A DNA stretch of 64,000 bases. It comes from Candidatus Kapaibacterium sp. (GTDB taxonomy: Bacteria > Bacteroidota > Ignavibacteria > Kapaibacteriales > UBA2268). Every line of letters begins with the position of its first letter. Within the stretch, counting starts at the first letter, position 1. Below, piece by piece: positions 41,931 through 52,431 of the stretch. The stretch lies in assembly GCA_963665665.1 (NCBI GenBank), contig OY762428.1:32001-96000 (forward strand). Reading direction: 5' to 3'. Both the position numbers and the translations under genes were made by a program. The notes under the pieces were generated by a model. That model was given only the letters and a program-made list of their open reading frames with translations, ran no database searches and was not told the DNA's origin.

Positions 41931-44714
41931 TTAATATAATCGTCCTCCCCTTTTCTCTATCTTCAAATCCTGAAGCTGCGGAGCCTTTATACCAAATCTC
42001 AGGTAAAATCCACGGGCAAATCCTGTTGGATACCAAGATGCCCGGAGCTCCCAGCAATGCAGGTCCTTGCTTATATCAACAGAAGGTGCCTGTATATTGT
42101 TGTTGATAAAATCATAGTTTATACTTGATGATATTCTCCAGGTAGTAGTCAGGTTCAGGCTGAAATTTGCTCCGAAGGAGATACTTCTGTTGATTTTGGA
42201 AAAAGAGTATAAACGATTGTAAGAAAACCTTAAATGCATTGATGCATTCCATGACCATGGCAACGCTGAATAGCCTGGAGTTCTGTCGCCGTAGTAATCA
42301 AAATCATTTACCCCTTCCTGATTTCTAAGAGTAAACCTGGAACCCAAAGAAGGCGCTTGAACGCTATCGGATTCTTCCTTATTTTCATCTTCCTCTTCAT
42401 AGTTGTCCCCGAATTTAATTCCATCGGATGAAAATGAAGTAGAGATAAAGAAACTGAGGCTTTGAACTCTCGCTATTCCTTTTCCCTCCTGGATAAGCAG
42501 CCTGTTGTAATTTCCCGTTATGCTATCTGATATACCGTCTTGCTTTTTAATTCTAAAATCATCATATAGCCCGAAACTGGCATTGCCGTTAAAATCAATA
42601 AATCCGAGCGAAGGGGCTCTGAAATTCATAGACAGAACTGAGAAATTCAAAGAATCGGCTGCCATATCATAGCTTAGTGAATTTGTAATATTGAGCAATT
42701 TTATCGGCTCGGCTTTTGTCGTATCGTCCGGCTGTATTTTTATCTCCAGGTCGTGATTATCTGAATAGGAAAGCATTTCTCTTTTCCTGGAACTTGCAAT
42801 TCCCCCGCCAACACTTTGATATTTTGAATATTTCACTTTCCTTCCGTCTGCCCCGATATATGAACCATAAAAGCCAAGACTCTCATCGGAAAGATCCGGA
42901 TTATATTTGTATGAAATACTTGGCTGCCATGTATGACGTGCCGCCTGAACACCAAAATATGAAGGCTTGATGAAAAACAGGAAAGGCCGGTTATCGTCTG
43001 CCATACCATAAAGCCTGGTTTGTATCCTTAATCCGTAGTTATAGGAATACTCTGTAAAAAAGCCATTTTCAAATGTTTCATGAACAAGTGAATCCTTGGG
43101 ATTAAAATATCTTGTTCCTCTTTTGAAATAATTATTTACACTCACCCCAACAGAAGGCTGTACAGTGAAATAGCCGAACTTGGGGCTGATGGATATTGAC
43201 GGGTTGTGACTTATTAATGCTCTGGTAGTTCTTATCACGGAATCTCTCTCGGTTTCATCTCCGGCATCCAGGGTCTGAATTTTTTTCTCCTTTCTGCTGG
43301 ATGCATTTGCCGAATATCTTAGCGAAACGTCACGCAGCCAGCTAACCGGGCTTGATGATGATACAATATTGCGAAGCGGAGTCCAGTTTGGCAACGAAAA
43401 AGTAAGGTTAGGTAATGTTTCACTATAGGATTGATCAATAATATTCTGGCTTCTCTGGTAGTTCATTGAAATATTGGCACCATTATCAAAATTTTTACTG
43501 TATGAAGCATAGGATTCAATAGTCTGCTGAAGCCTGTCGTTCATATTCCAGCTTGTGTTCCTATTAAAATCCTGAGATTTGAAATTCAGCCTGACATTAA
43601 CTTTTGAAGAAGGATCGATATCCTGCTTATGGTTCAGGTTAATGCTATATGCTTCTGTATATTTGTCGTCGGGATTATACCTTGTGTTTCCATAGCTCAT
43701 ATCCAGGTTTCCAACTATTCGGCGGTTGATATTCCATCTTGTTTTGTTTTTCATCAAATATCCGCCTTTTGAATAAAGGTCGGCAGTTATCTGGGTATCC
43801 CAGTAGTCACTTGCAGCATAATAGAATCCAATATCGTTAAATGTTACTCCACGGCTCTTTGAAAAGAAAAATGTGGGTATGATTATTCCCGATTGCCTTC
43901 CGCCCTTACTTGGGAAAAACAAACCAAAAGGGATGGCAAATATTGGCATATCCTCAACATAGAATATTATTGGATCAAGGAATACTTTATCTTTTGCTAC
44001 AATCTTCATTTCAGGAGAACCGAAATAAAAGTGCGGATGGGGATGATCGCAGGTAGTATAGTAACCGTCTTCAACAAATAATTCCTGTTCGGATACTCTT
44101 TTAATCTTATTTCCGAAATAGAAACCTTCGCTCATCTGTGTTTCGCCAAGTTCTATCAAGCCCTTTTTTGTTTTGAAATTGAAAACAATCACTTCCCCCA
44201 TAAATTCCTCGCCACTGTCATTGAACTTAGGAAATCCAATAGTATTGCCATTTTTATCTTTTCCTGTTCTGGCTGAAATTGTAGATTCCCCGAAATCTAG
44301 AGTAATGTTTTCCGCTTCAAGTTTTTGTACTTTATAATCGAGTTTGGAATCTCCCCTGAGATCCATTTTTTTCTTTCCAATTGTAAATTTAATAGTATCC
44401 CTGGCAGAATAATATACAATCGAATCCATACCGGATTTCGATGTTCTTACGTTTATTGAATCGGCTGCCATAGAAAGTGAATCCGCCAGAGTTCCGTCAA
44501 GCGTTACACTTGATGAAGACGGGCTGATTGTGGAAGAATGGGTTGAAAATCCGCTTATATTAAGTGAATCTGAATTGTTCTGAGGCATTGCATATAATAA
44601 TGAAGCAAAAAAAATAAAAAATGACGCCAATATGTATGGCCTTAGATAAGTTCCCCGGGAAAGGACACCCCTGTTGATATTACCAATGATTATTTTTTTA
44701 AACTCAGATTTCAA
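41931..44714 (-). CDS. lptD: LPS-assembly outer membrane protein LptD-like
   Basis: DSIVYYSARD, YTTCDHPHPHF, P..IPFGLFFP, QSGIIIP, C-terminal KDLHCWE..W.P.G...F.IKA..LQDLK. Confidence 0.85.
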   Translation of the reverse strand: MKSEFKKIIIGNINRGVLSRGTYLRPYILASFFIFFASLLYAMPQNNSDSLNISGFSTHSSTISPSSSSVTLDGTLADSLSMAADSINVRTSKSGMDSIVYYSARDTIKFTIGKKKMDLRGDSKLDYKVQKLEAENITLDFGESTISARTGKDKNGNTIGFPKFNDSGEEFMGEVIVFNFKTKKGLIELGETQMSEGFYFGNKIKRVSEQELFVEDGYYTTCDHPHPHFYFGSPEMKIVAKDKVFLDPIIFYVEDMPIFAIPFGLFFPSKGGRQSGIIIPTFFFSKSRGVTFNDIGFYYAASDYWDTQITADLYSKGGYLMKNKTRWNINRRIVGNLDMSYGNTRYNPDDKYTEAYSINLNHKQDIDPSSKVNVRLNFKSQDFNRNTSWNMNDRLQQTIESYASYSKNFDNGANISMNYQRSQNIIDQSYSETLPNLTFSLPNWTPLRNIVSSSSPVSWLRDVSLRYSANASSRKEKKIQTLDAGDETERDSVIRTTRALISHNPSISISPKFGYFTVQPSVGVSVNNYFKRGTRYFNPKDSLVHETFENGFFTEYSYNYGLRIQTRLYGMADDNRPFLFFIKPSYFGVQAARHTWQPSISYKYNPDLSDESLGFYGSYIGADGRKVKYSKYQSVGGGIASSRKREMLSYSDNHDLEIKIQPDDTTKAEPIKLLNITNSLSYDMAADSLNFSVLSMNFRAPSLGFIDFNGNASFGLYDDFRIKKQDGISDSITGNYNRLLIQEGKGIARVQSLSFFISTSFSSDGIKFGDNYEEEDENKEESDSVQAPSLGSRFTLRNQEGVNDFDYYGDRTPGYSALPWSWNASMHLRFSYNRLYSFSKINRSISFGANFSLNLTTTWRISSSINYDFINNNIQAPSVDISKDLHCWELRASWYPTGFARGFYLRFGIKAPQLQDLKIEKRGGRLY

Positions 44715-44836
44715 TGGTACCTGCTAAAATTCTATCAAGAATACATTTTTTCAACACCACTCCCCATAATTTTTAAAACGGGAAAGACGCAAAAAAGTTA
44801 GTCGCAATTTAGTTAAAAATTCTCATTATATAAATG

Positions 44837-44862
44837 AAAAGGCATCCCGGGGGATGCCTTTT
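44837..44862 (-). terminator. Rho-independent terminator of the 1419-aa gene
   Basis: AAAA-GGCATCCC-GG-GGGATGCC-TTTT. Confidence 0.85.
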
Positions 44863-44884
44863 ATATTAATATATCTGAAAATAT

Positions 44885-47800
44885 CTATTTGGCAATTACA
44901 AGCCTTTCCGTACTTGTGAACGGCCCGGCAGTAATTCTGACAAAATATACGCCTGAACCCAGATCACTTGTTTCCACAAACTCTGTGTGTTTGCCAACAG
45001 TATAATTCTTATTGGATACAAGTTTCACCAGTTCGCTCGAAGAATTATATACTTCAATTTTGGCATCTACTTCAAGGCCCATGGTGAAGTTGAAATCAAA
45101 TCCATTGTTACCAACCGGATTTGGATTTATAGCCTCAGTACCGAATTCCTCGGCATTAATAACTACATTCCTCAAATCCTGAACGCAAATCTGGAATACG
45201 ATTCTGCCCGGAGAAGTAACTTTGTTTACACAGGCATCCCTTACATCAAAAGTAATATCGCCAAAATCTGGTGTAAAATCACCGGTACTATTCAGCATAA
45301 GAATAAAATTAGGAATTACAAGTATTCCATTGGATTTGATATAATCCATTGGATTAGTTGTTTCCCCGTAAAATGTAAGGGTTGCAATACTATCTTTATA
45401 ATCATAAGTTTCGGCAGCATTTACTGTCCATGAATCCGGTAAAACTCCGCCTTTTTTAACTTCGTCGCCATTTTCTCCTGCCCATTTCATCCAGGACATA
45501 TTATATTTAACCTCGACAATAAATGTAGTGACCTCTGCATCATTCCACTGATTTGAATTAACATTTACTGTGAACTGTTCACCTGTTCCCATACCGGGAG
45601 CAATATTAATAAGTTCAGGAAGGTCAAAGTTGACAGTTACAGAATAACCGGAACCTTCAACGTATGTCTCTGTCTCATAAATTGTGTTGTCAAGTCCGTC
45701 GTAATGATAATCTATCTGAACATTCGCCCTGAAATCACGGTCTGCATCAGGAATAAACCTGTACATAACATAAGCTGTTTCTGTTGCGGGTATAACGTCA
45801 GGTTTACTTAATAATTCAAAATAGCCGACATCTCCGGATATCAACTGAATATCATCAATATACATATCTGTTGTAGCAGCAGTATTTTCAATAAACAAAG
45901 AATCTACAGGTGAGTCGCAGAGCAGCCTTGAACCATAATCAATGAAGCCAACTTCAATACCAGTTTCGTATGAATGCCCGATAACTACAGTATCATTTTC
46001 TCTTCTCGGGTCGGGATCAGGGCCCGGGCCTCGGTCGGAAACAACAGTAACATGCTCAACAATATCGGCCATAGCTACATCAGGAAGGAAAGTTACATCA
46101 AGCTCGATCGATTCGCCCTGATTCAGTGTTACATCAGAAGGCGGAGTATTAACCCATGTAAAATCATTCTGAGCAGGATCAGACCATTCAATACTTTCAA
46201 TATATAACGGGGCTGACTCACTTACTGATTTGATTACAACTTTACCAACATCCGGGTGCTGATTGTTAACTTTTACTGCCGGCTGGAATTCGTATCCGGT
46301 AACAGTTATTTTTGGTTCAATTCCAATACCGTCCAGGTTACCGTATACTGACCCTACCGTGATATTTTCATCATCAAATTCAGGAACAATCGATACATGA
46401 TGTACTTCTTCGGTCTGTGGCTCATAAATTACCGGGATAATTATCTCCACAACTCCCGTTGATGATCCTTCAGGCCAGAGAGTAACAGGTAATTTAGGTT
46501 TGATATTGTCTTTATCAATGCTGAAGTTAGGATCGGCAGTTTCAAGGTTCACGTCAGAAACCCTGATTGGGTCGTTTCCAACATTACCGATCTTAACAGT
46601 ACTTTCATTAACTGTCAGGCGGCGTTTCTTGTGCCAGTCCATGGATGTAATATATGGCCCCGGAACCAATCCGCGTCCCTTCCAGTTAGAAATACTGTCT
46701 ACGCCTTCTGCATCTGAGTGTATCAGAATATCAAAAGAATATTTATTTGTGTCTTCCGGAGTGAAACAAACAGATTTTAATTCAATAGATTCATGCGGTG
46801 CAATTTTTATCGGAAGCGGAGGATCGGTGGGATCAGACAATGTGAACGGAGCCTGAATATTCTCAAATCCCGTAATCGTTAAGGTATCTGTTCCCTGATT
46901 CTCAATCAGAAGTCCGGTACCTGTGGCTTCTTCTTTGCAAAGTGTTTTTCCAACAGTTACAGCGCCGGCATCCCAGTCTTCAACCCAAATTCTCGGAACA
47001 ACGCCGCGGCCTTCGATTGGCCATGAGAAAGTCAGGCATTCGTTCTCGACAAGAATGGAATCAATATCCAGGTCATCAGGTTCAAGCCCTTCTTCAGTAG
47101 GAGTATATTGAACTTTAATCTCATGTGATTCGCCGGGCATTAAATCAAATTCCGGAGGTGCTTCGCCTTCGGTAATTATATAGAATTCTCCGAATTTTAA
47201 TTTTATACTGGTTACATTAACAACCGAATCACTTGTATTTGTAAGTGTTGCTGTCATTAATTTAGAAGTATTCAGCCTGACGTTGCCAAATACCAGCCTT
47301 GAAGGGTCAAGTTCCAGGCTGTCGGCAGAATACCTGACTGAATCGATTGCAGTATTACCCGCACGGTCGGTAACAGCATATATTGCAAAACCGGAACGGA
47401 ATTTATCTTTTACTTTCAGGAAGAAAGTATATTCATACAATGGGGGCCATGTTTCAAATGGATCCGGAAGATCGAGTTCGTAATTATAACTATCTTCCAG
47501 AAGTTCTATCTGCGATATACCCTGATCAACCTGAAGCGGGTCGTCTCCTTCAACTCCGTTGCGAACTTCAGTGGCAACAATAGTATAATCACCACAATCT
47601 TCTTCGTAGCTTAGTTCCGGCTCGAGAGTATCAGTTTCATCAAGTTTATTCAAAGCCATGGCAGCCGGCCAGCCATAGGAGTCAAACTGGCTAAATCCAT
47701 ATATATATCCGCCAAATTTTGTATCACCTTCTACCTTGTGAGCTCCGGGCTGGACATCTATCTTTGCCCAGTACAGATTTGTAGTCGGAATTCTGTTCAG

Positions 47801-49144
47801 GATGAAAGAACCGTCGATATTCCAAATTGGTCTGCCATCCAACTTAATTGATTTCAGATCCTCATGGGCTTTATCAGATGTATCTCCAACGGCAATGATA
47901 TTGAAGTGGTTTGTATTGAAAGAGTCGTTTGCGGGAGTCTGGAATACAGTAGCCGGTATAAACTGCTCAACAGGTACAACAAGAATCATGAACGGGTCAA
48001 ATATCGGATCCCCGTCCCAGTTTGCTGAATATGAATACTGCATAACCAAAGCAGGTTTATCCATTTCAAATACAGACATACCTTTAATGGAACTAAGGCC
48101 ATGCCCCAGACGAACGGGGACTTCAAGATATTCGGCGTATTCACCGTCATCAAGCCAGCCTTCCCAGGTTCCAAGCTGTTTATTGCTTCCAATATCGTAA
48201 TATTTGCATTTGAAGTGAGTATCATCCTCAGAACCAACTATTCTGAAATAATCACCCTGGCGTTTTGGCCTTTTATATTCCACTGTTGCATAATTTTTAC
48301 CCCAGGCAGTAACCGGAGGCATCATTTCAGCAAGGTGATCTCGTCCGTTATTAATATCCCATACAGGAATAATTGTTCTCATGTGTGTAGAGATCAGGCC
48401 AATTGGATTGTTGGCAGTAATACGCGAACCAGTCATATCAAACTGCCCACGGGTTTTACCATTTCCGCGAACGTAATAAACCTGGCCGGGATCCATTTTT
48501 TTGGTAGACCAGGAGTCGCCCATATCACGGCCTTTCATTGTTGTAGCATATCCGTATCCAACGCCCCTGAGCTGAATATCAGCACGGGTTCTTGGCATTG
48601 TGGAAATAATTATAAATCCCGATGCCCATTCCCTGACTTCATCAAAATCATAATATGAGCAATGTATATAGTCAGTTCCAAGTGCAGAAGTAGGAATTCC
48701 AAGATATCCTTCAGATGTTGTTACTTTTGCGTTCAGTACATACACTGAAATTGGCTGATCGGCAAAAAGCCTTAAACCCTTATCAAGTACAACTTCACTT
48801 TCACGAACCTCCCACATATAAGTACATTCCCCTGTTACACTGGAAAATGTTGTAATTTTCAGCGGTTCCACAGGTTTGGTTATATAAACCCCCATACCGG
48901 GAGATTCAAGTGTTACATTAGTCTTTTTGGATGCTGTCACATATATCTCTAACACTCTTGTTTGAGAATACTGACTTACCTCGTTAGCCGGAATGGCTAT
49001 CCAGAATTCACGCCCCTGCGCCGAATTAAAAAGCATGTGCTCTTTAATTTTCTCCATTTTCTTCTTGTCAACTTGTGATTGAGCAGGAACAAAACCTACC
49101 ATAACAGCCAACAATATAGCTGCTAAAACAATTTTATATCTCAT
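44885..49144 (-). CDS. Large T9SS cargo: IgGFc-binding-like head + several Ig-like (choice-of-anchor D/ASH-like) domains + cohesin-like domain + CTD
   Basis: Signal peptide; GREFWIAIPAN, TSEGYLGIP, DHLAEMMPPV, SYGWP; repeated FG.V/N.G...L.I/F.P units; CTD INPNP..SGVYFVRI..RLVIAK. Confidence 0.85.
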   Translation of the reverse strand: MRYKIVLAAILLAVMVGFVPAQSQVDKKKMEKIKEHMLFNSAQGREFWIAIPANEVSQYSQTRVLEIYVTASKKTNVTLESPGMGVYITKPVEPLKITTFSSVTGECTYMWEVRESEVVLDKGLRLFADQPISVYVLNAKVTTSEGYLGIPTSALGTDYIHCSYYDFDEVREWASGFIIISTMPRTRADIQLRGVGYGYATTMKGRDMGDSWSTKKMDPGQVYYVRGNGKTRGQFDMTGSRITANNPIGLISTHMRTIIPVWDINNGRDHLAEMMPPVTAWGKNYATVEYKRPKRQGDYFRIVGSEDDTHFKCKYYDIGSNKQLGTWEGWLDDGEYAEYLEVPVRLGHGLSSIKGMSVFEMDKPALVMQYSYSANWDGDPIFDPFMILVVPVEQFIPATVFQTPANDSFNTNHFNIIAVGDTSDKAHEDLKSIKLDGRPIWNIDGSFILNRIPTTNLYWAKIDVQPGAHKVEGDTKFGGYIYGFSQFDSYGWPAAMALNKLDETDTLEPELSYEEDCGDYTIVATEVRNGVEGDDPLQVDQGISQIELLEDSYNYELDLPDPFETWPPLYEYTFFLKVKDKFRSGFAIYAVTDRAGNTAIDSVRYSADSLELDPSRLVFGNVRLNTSKLMTATLTNTSDSVVNVTSIKLKFGEFYIITEGEAPPEFDLMPGESHEIKVQYTPTEEGLEPDDLDIDSILVENECLTFSWPIEGRGVVPRIWVEDWDAGAVTVGKTLCKEEATGTGLLIENQGTDTLTITGFENIQAPFTLSDPTDPPLPIKIAPHESIELKSVCFTPEDTNKYSFDILIHSDAEGVDSISNWKGRGLVPGPYITSMDWHKKRRLTVNESTVKIGNVGNDPIRVSDVNLETADPNFSIDKDNIKPKLPVTLWPEGSSTGVVEIIIPVIYEPQTEEVHHVSIVPEFDDENITVGSVYGNLDGIGIEPKITVTGYEFQPAVKVNNQHPDVGKVVIKSVSESAPLYIESIEWSDPAQNDFTWVNTPPSDVTLNQGESIELDVTFLPDVAMADIVEHVTVVSDRGPGPDPDPRRENDTVVIGHSYETGIEVGFIDYGSRLLCDSPVDSLFIENTAATTDMYIDDIQLISGDVGYFELLSKPDVIPATETAYVMYRFIPDADRDFRANVQIDYHYDGLDNTIYETETYVEGSGYSVTVNFDLPELINIAPGMGTGEQFTVNVNSNQWNDAEVTTFIVEVKYNMSWMKWAGENGDEVKKGGVLPDSWTVNAAETYDYKDSIATLTFYGETTNPMDYIKSNGILVIPNFILMLNSTGDFTPDFGDITFDVRDACVNKVTSPGRIVFQICVQDLRNVVINAEEFGTEAINPNPVGNNGFDFNFTMGLEVDAKIEVYNSSSELVKLVSNKNYTVGKHTEFVETSDLGSGVYFVRITAGPFTSTERLVIAK

Positions 49145-49339
49145 AAGGCACTCATAAAAAAAAATATTAATAAAAATTACTCCAATTCATATATACTTCA
49201 AGGCAAAAGACCCTGAAAAACAACTCGCAAACACCATCTACAAAGTTAAAAAAAAAATTAATAACAGCAATTCTTTAAAAATTGCCACTATTTTCCAACT
49301 TTTTTAACAAACAGATGAAACAAAAAATAGTTTCACGTG

Positions 49340-52252
49340 TTACTGCAAAAATATTAATTTTTTTGTATAAATTTTGTCTTTTGTATCAACTTTAAGGAAA
49401 TAAACTCCAGAAGGAATTTTTGGCAGTAGTAAATCAATGATATTATTCTCAGGAATGATAATTTTCCTGGAAAAACCTTCAACCGTTACTCCGTCCTGAT
49501 CTATCAGTGAAATAATGCCATTGCTGAATTTATCAGAATTAATAATTATTTTGAATTCCCTGCCCCTTATCGGATTAGGACAAATTGTGATATCATCTTC
49601 CCGGGTATAAGTTTCTTCAATTCCGGTAACTACTGATATAAGGCCATTGTATAATTCAAGGTCAATGCACCTGTCGTAATTTCCCAACCGGGCAGATTTA
49701 ATTTTCACTTCAACTTCGCTATCGGATTGTAACAATCGGAATACAGGAAAGAAAAGCGGGCCATCTGTTTTCAAAGGCTCATTGCCCTCTCCTGATACTG
49801 TAAGTTCAGCCAAACCATTCGAATTCTCAACTTTTTCAACTGCATTAAGCACCCAGCCCAATTCGCTTAACTGATTATCAGGAATAATATTATTCTGAGT
49901 ATCATTATCAAGTTTAATAAGGTTTGAATTATATTCAAAAACAATATTGAAACTGTTAATTTCAATTTGTTCAAGCTCCTCAGAATCAATTAATAAAGGG
50001 AAAGAGTTCTCATAAACTCCTGTTTTTTCATACTCATTCAGGCCTGCAATCAGCAACAGGCCTAAAGTAACATGGTATTTCTTCCCGAAACCAGATAATT
50101 CGGATGATTTTTCGGTATAAACATTATCCCCGAAATCATATTCAATCTCTACTGACGATTCGGAATATTTTCCCGCAGTTGGGAAATACTGATAAACAAC
50201 ATTTTCATAAGATGATTCTTTTATCAGTGAGGGTAATTCCAAAATTCGGAAATCTTCCTGATTCGACAGGTAAATATCCCTGATATTCATTTTGGCTATT
50301 GTACTCATATTGTAAATTCTGAATGAATCGATCTTTGTTTCACAAGCCGAAACTTCTCCAATATCCCTGCTTTGAACGCTTATTCCAGCATCATAGGCAT
50401 ATCCGGTTAAAGTTACGCTGTCAATAACAACAGGATAGTTATCCGGGCCCGGTGCAGCATCAGAATAAATATAGAAAACCTCTTTTCTGAAACCTGGTTT
50501 TTCCGGTTTAAATTCTATGCTGTCAATAATAAAGGAACTACCGCCATTGATAACAATGTTTTCAGGAAAATCAGAATTGAAAACAAACTCGGAATTATCA
50601 CCGCTTCTTTCAATTTTATATATTGTCAAATCCGAACTTAATGCTTCTGATTCAAGTACAATTTTTCCGAACAACTGATGTTTTTCCATTACTCTTACAG
50701 GTTTCAGAAACTCATACCCTTTTGCTTTTAATTTTGGTAAAAAACCAGTTCCTATAAGATTACCGTTTTTTATCTCGATATTATCATCGTTATTACACAC
50801 CACTGTTATTTCGGATTTCCTTTTGCCGGTTTTCTGAGGGATAAACCTGACCGGAACCTTTATTACCCTGATTCCGGATTTACTGTCGGAAGGGTTCAAT
50901 GTAAGCGGTACATGAGGATAAATATTATCCTCGATTATTTCAAAATCACCATAGTTATTGTCAATTAGTATATCGTTAATTTCAACAGGAAGGTTTCCTG
51001 TATTTGTTATGGAAATTGTTTCAACATTGTTGGATTTCACTCTTTTCAAGCCGAAAAGAGCCGATTCAAGAACGGCAGTTCCCTGCACTGATTTTGCCTT
51101 CCATGTTGAGATACTGTCCCATCCTGTTGCATTACTTCTGAAAAAGACATCAATCGAGTGATCTTTCATATCTGAAGCAGTAAAGTAAATATCCTCAAGC
51201 TGAGTTGTTTCTCCGGGCAACACAGAAATTGGAAAAGAGCCGATTAATTCTTCGGACATTGAAAATGGTGGTAGAACATTTTCTATTGAAGTAATTATCA
51301 ATGTATCAGAACCAGGGTTGCTTATCTCAAGACCTTTGCCGTTTTGATTAATGTAACTGATAATGTTACCTTTTTTTATTTCGCCGGCATCCCAATCCTG
51401 GACAATAATTCCGGGTGCAATTCCCCTTCCTTTCAATTCCTTTTTATAAGTCAGGCATGAAGTATTAATAATAATTGTGTCTGTATCAAAATTGTCAGCT
51501 GATTCTTCAATCGGTGAAAATTCAACATGAATTGGAAAAACATCACCCGGTTCAATTAAAACAGAGGATAATGGGACATCCTCGCAAAATTTAAACCGGC
51601 TGTTTTCCTTCAGGGAAATATCTTCCAAATAGAAAGGATTTTCGGAACTATTACTTATAATTACAAACTGCTTAAAAGAACGGCTTACTCTGACATTGCC
51701 AAAGTCCAGCCCGGAAATAAATTCAATTCTTTGTGGCTGGTAAAACGCAGAATCAATTGCCACATTACCAGCCCGGTCGATAACAGCTATATAAGCTACC
51801 CCGTTATCATAAGGATTTTGAACTTTCAGTTCGAACTGATAATTAAATTTTGGGGGCAGAGGGTCAAATTCATCATAATCCACAATAACAAAATTATCAG
51901 ATCCGGACAGTAATTGCATATCGGCTATTCCTGTTTCAACCTGCCTCGGTGTCAGGTCGTCAATAAAATCGCCATTCCTTGTTTCTGTAGCAAAAATAAA
52001 AAACTCATCGCAATCGGGAATAATCGAAAACCTTGGCTCAAGAGTATCGGTTTCCATGTTGTCCTGATGATCATTATTATATTCATCAGATTCATCCTCC
52101 TGATTGTCTTCTTTTTGCTCATCCAAAATTATATCATATTCGGGATCAACATGGTTGGTATCAGGTATCTCATCAGATAAAACTGCAAAAGGGCATAAGC
52201 CAATAATTACGGCAAATGCCAATAAGACATAAAATCTAATTTTTTTTAACAT
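49340..52252 (-). CDS. T9SS cargo paralog: Ig-like stalk + cohesin-like domain + CTD, no IgGFc head
   Basis: After the signal peptide and an acidic stretch it aligns by eye with the 1419-aa protein from ETDTLEP onward (ATE.RNG, DRAGN.AIDS, FGNVR, DWDAG, DSIS.WK, GYEF); CTD ICPNP..SGVYFLK..KKLIF. Confidence 0.82.
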   Translation of the reverse strand: MLKKIRFYVLLAFAVIIGLCPFAVLSDEIPDTNHVDPEYDIILDEQKEDNQEDESDEYNNDHQDNMETDTLEPRFSIIPDCDEFFIFATETRNGDFIDDLTPRQVETGIADMQLLSGSDNFVIVDYDEFDPLPPKFNYQFELKVQNPYDNGVAYIAVIDRAGNVAIDSAFYQPQRIEFISGLDFGNVRVSRSFKQFVIISNSSENPFYLEDISLKENSRFKFCEDVPLSSVLIEPGDVFPIHVEFSPIEESADNFDTDTIIINTSCLTYKKELKGRGIAPGIIVQDWDAGEIKKGNIISYINQNGKGLEISNPGSDTLIITSIENVLPPFSMSEELIGSFPISVLPGETTQLEDIYFTASDMKDHSIDVFFRSNATGWDSISTWKAKSVQGTAVLESALFGLKRVKSNNVETISITNTGNLPVEINDILIDNNYGDFEIIEDNIYPHVPLTLNPSDSKSGIRVIKVPVRFIPQKTGKRKSEITVVCNNDDNIEIKNGNLIGTGFLPKLKAKGYEFLKPVRVMEKHQLFGKIVLESEALSSDLTIYKIERSGDNSEFVFNSDFPENIVINGGSSFIIDSIEFKPEKPGFRKEVFYIYSDAAPGPDNYPVVIDSVTLTGYAYDAGISVQSRDIGEVSACETKIDSFRIYNMSTIAKMNIRDIYLSNQEDFRILELPSLIKESSYENVVYQYFPTAGKYSESSVEIEYDFGDNVYTEKSSELSGFGKKYHVTLGLLLIAGLNEYEKTGVYENSFPLLIDSEELEQIEINSFNIVFEYNSNLIKLDNDTQNNIIPDNQLSELGWVLNAVEKVENSNGLAELTVSGEGNEPLKTDGPLFFPVFRLLQSDSEVEVKIKSARLGNYDRCIDLELYNGLISVVTGIEETYTREDDITICPNPIRGREFKIIINSDKFSNGIISLIDQDGVTVEGFSRKIIIPENNIIDLLLPKIPSGVYFLKVDTKDKIYTKKLIFLQ

Positions 52253-52431
52253 TCCGGCCTCCGCTTATTTATTCGGGATACTCTGCCGGTCCTTACTTAT
52301 CCAATCAAGTCATCATTTTATCAAGTTCAAATTCCCTGTGCCCGTTGATTCAAAATTCTTCCCGAATAAAGATATAAAACACTTATATGCTCCTTGTAAT
52401 CATAACAGATGAAAAATAAAAAAATTTCATC

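Noticed and set aside
52268-52370. c-di-GMP-II riboswitch (contains GGGCAC on the coding strand)
   Set aside because: No GTGC pseudoknot partner or AGTAGTGCAACCG-like 3' motif.
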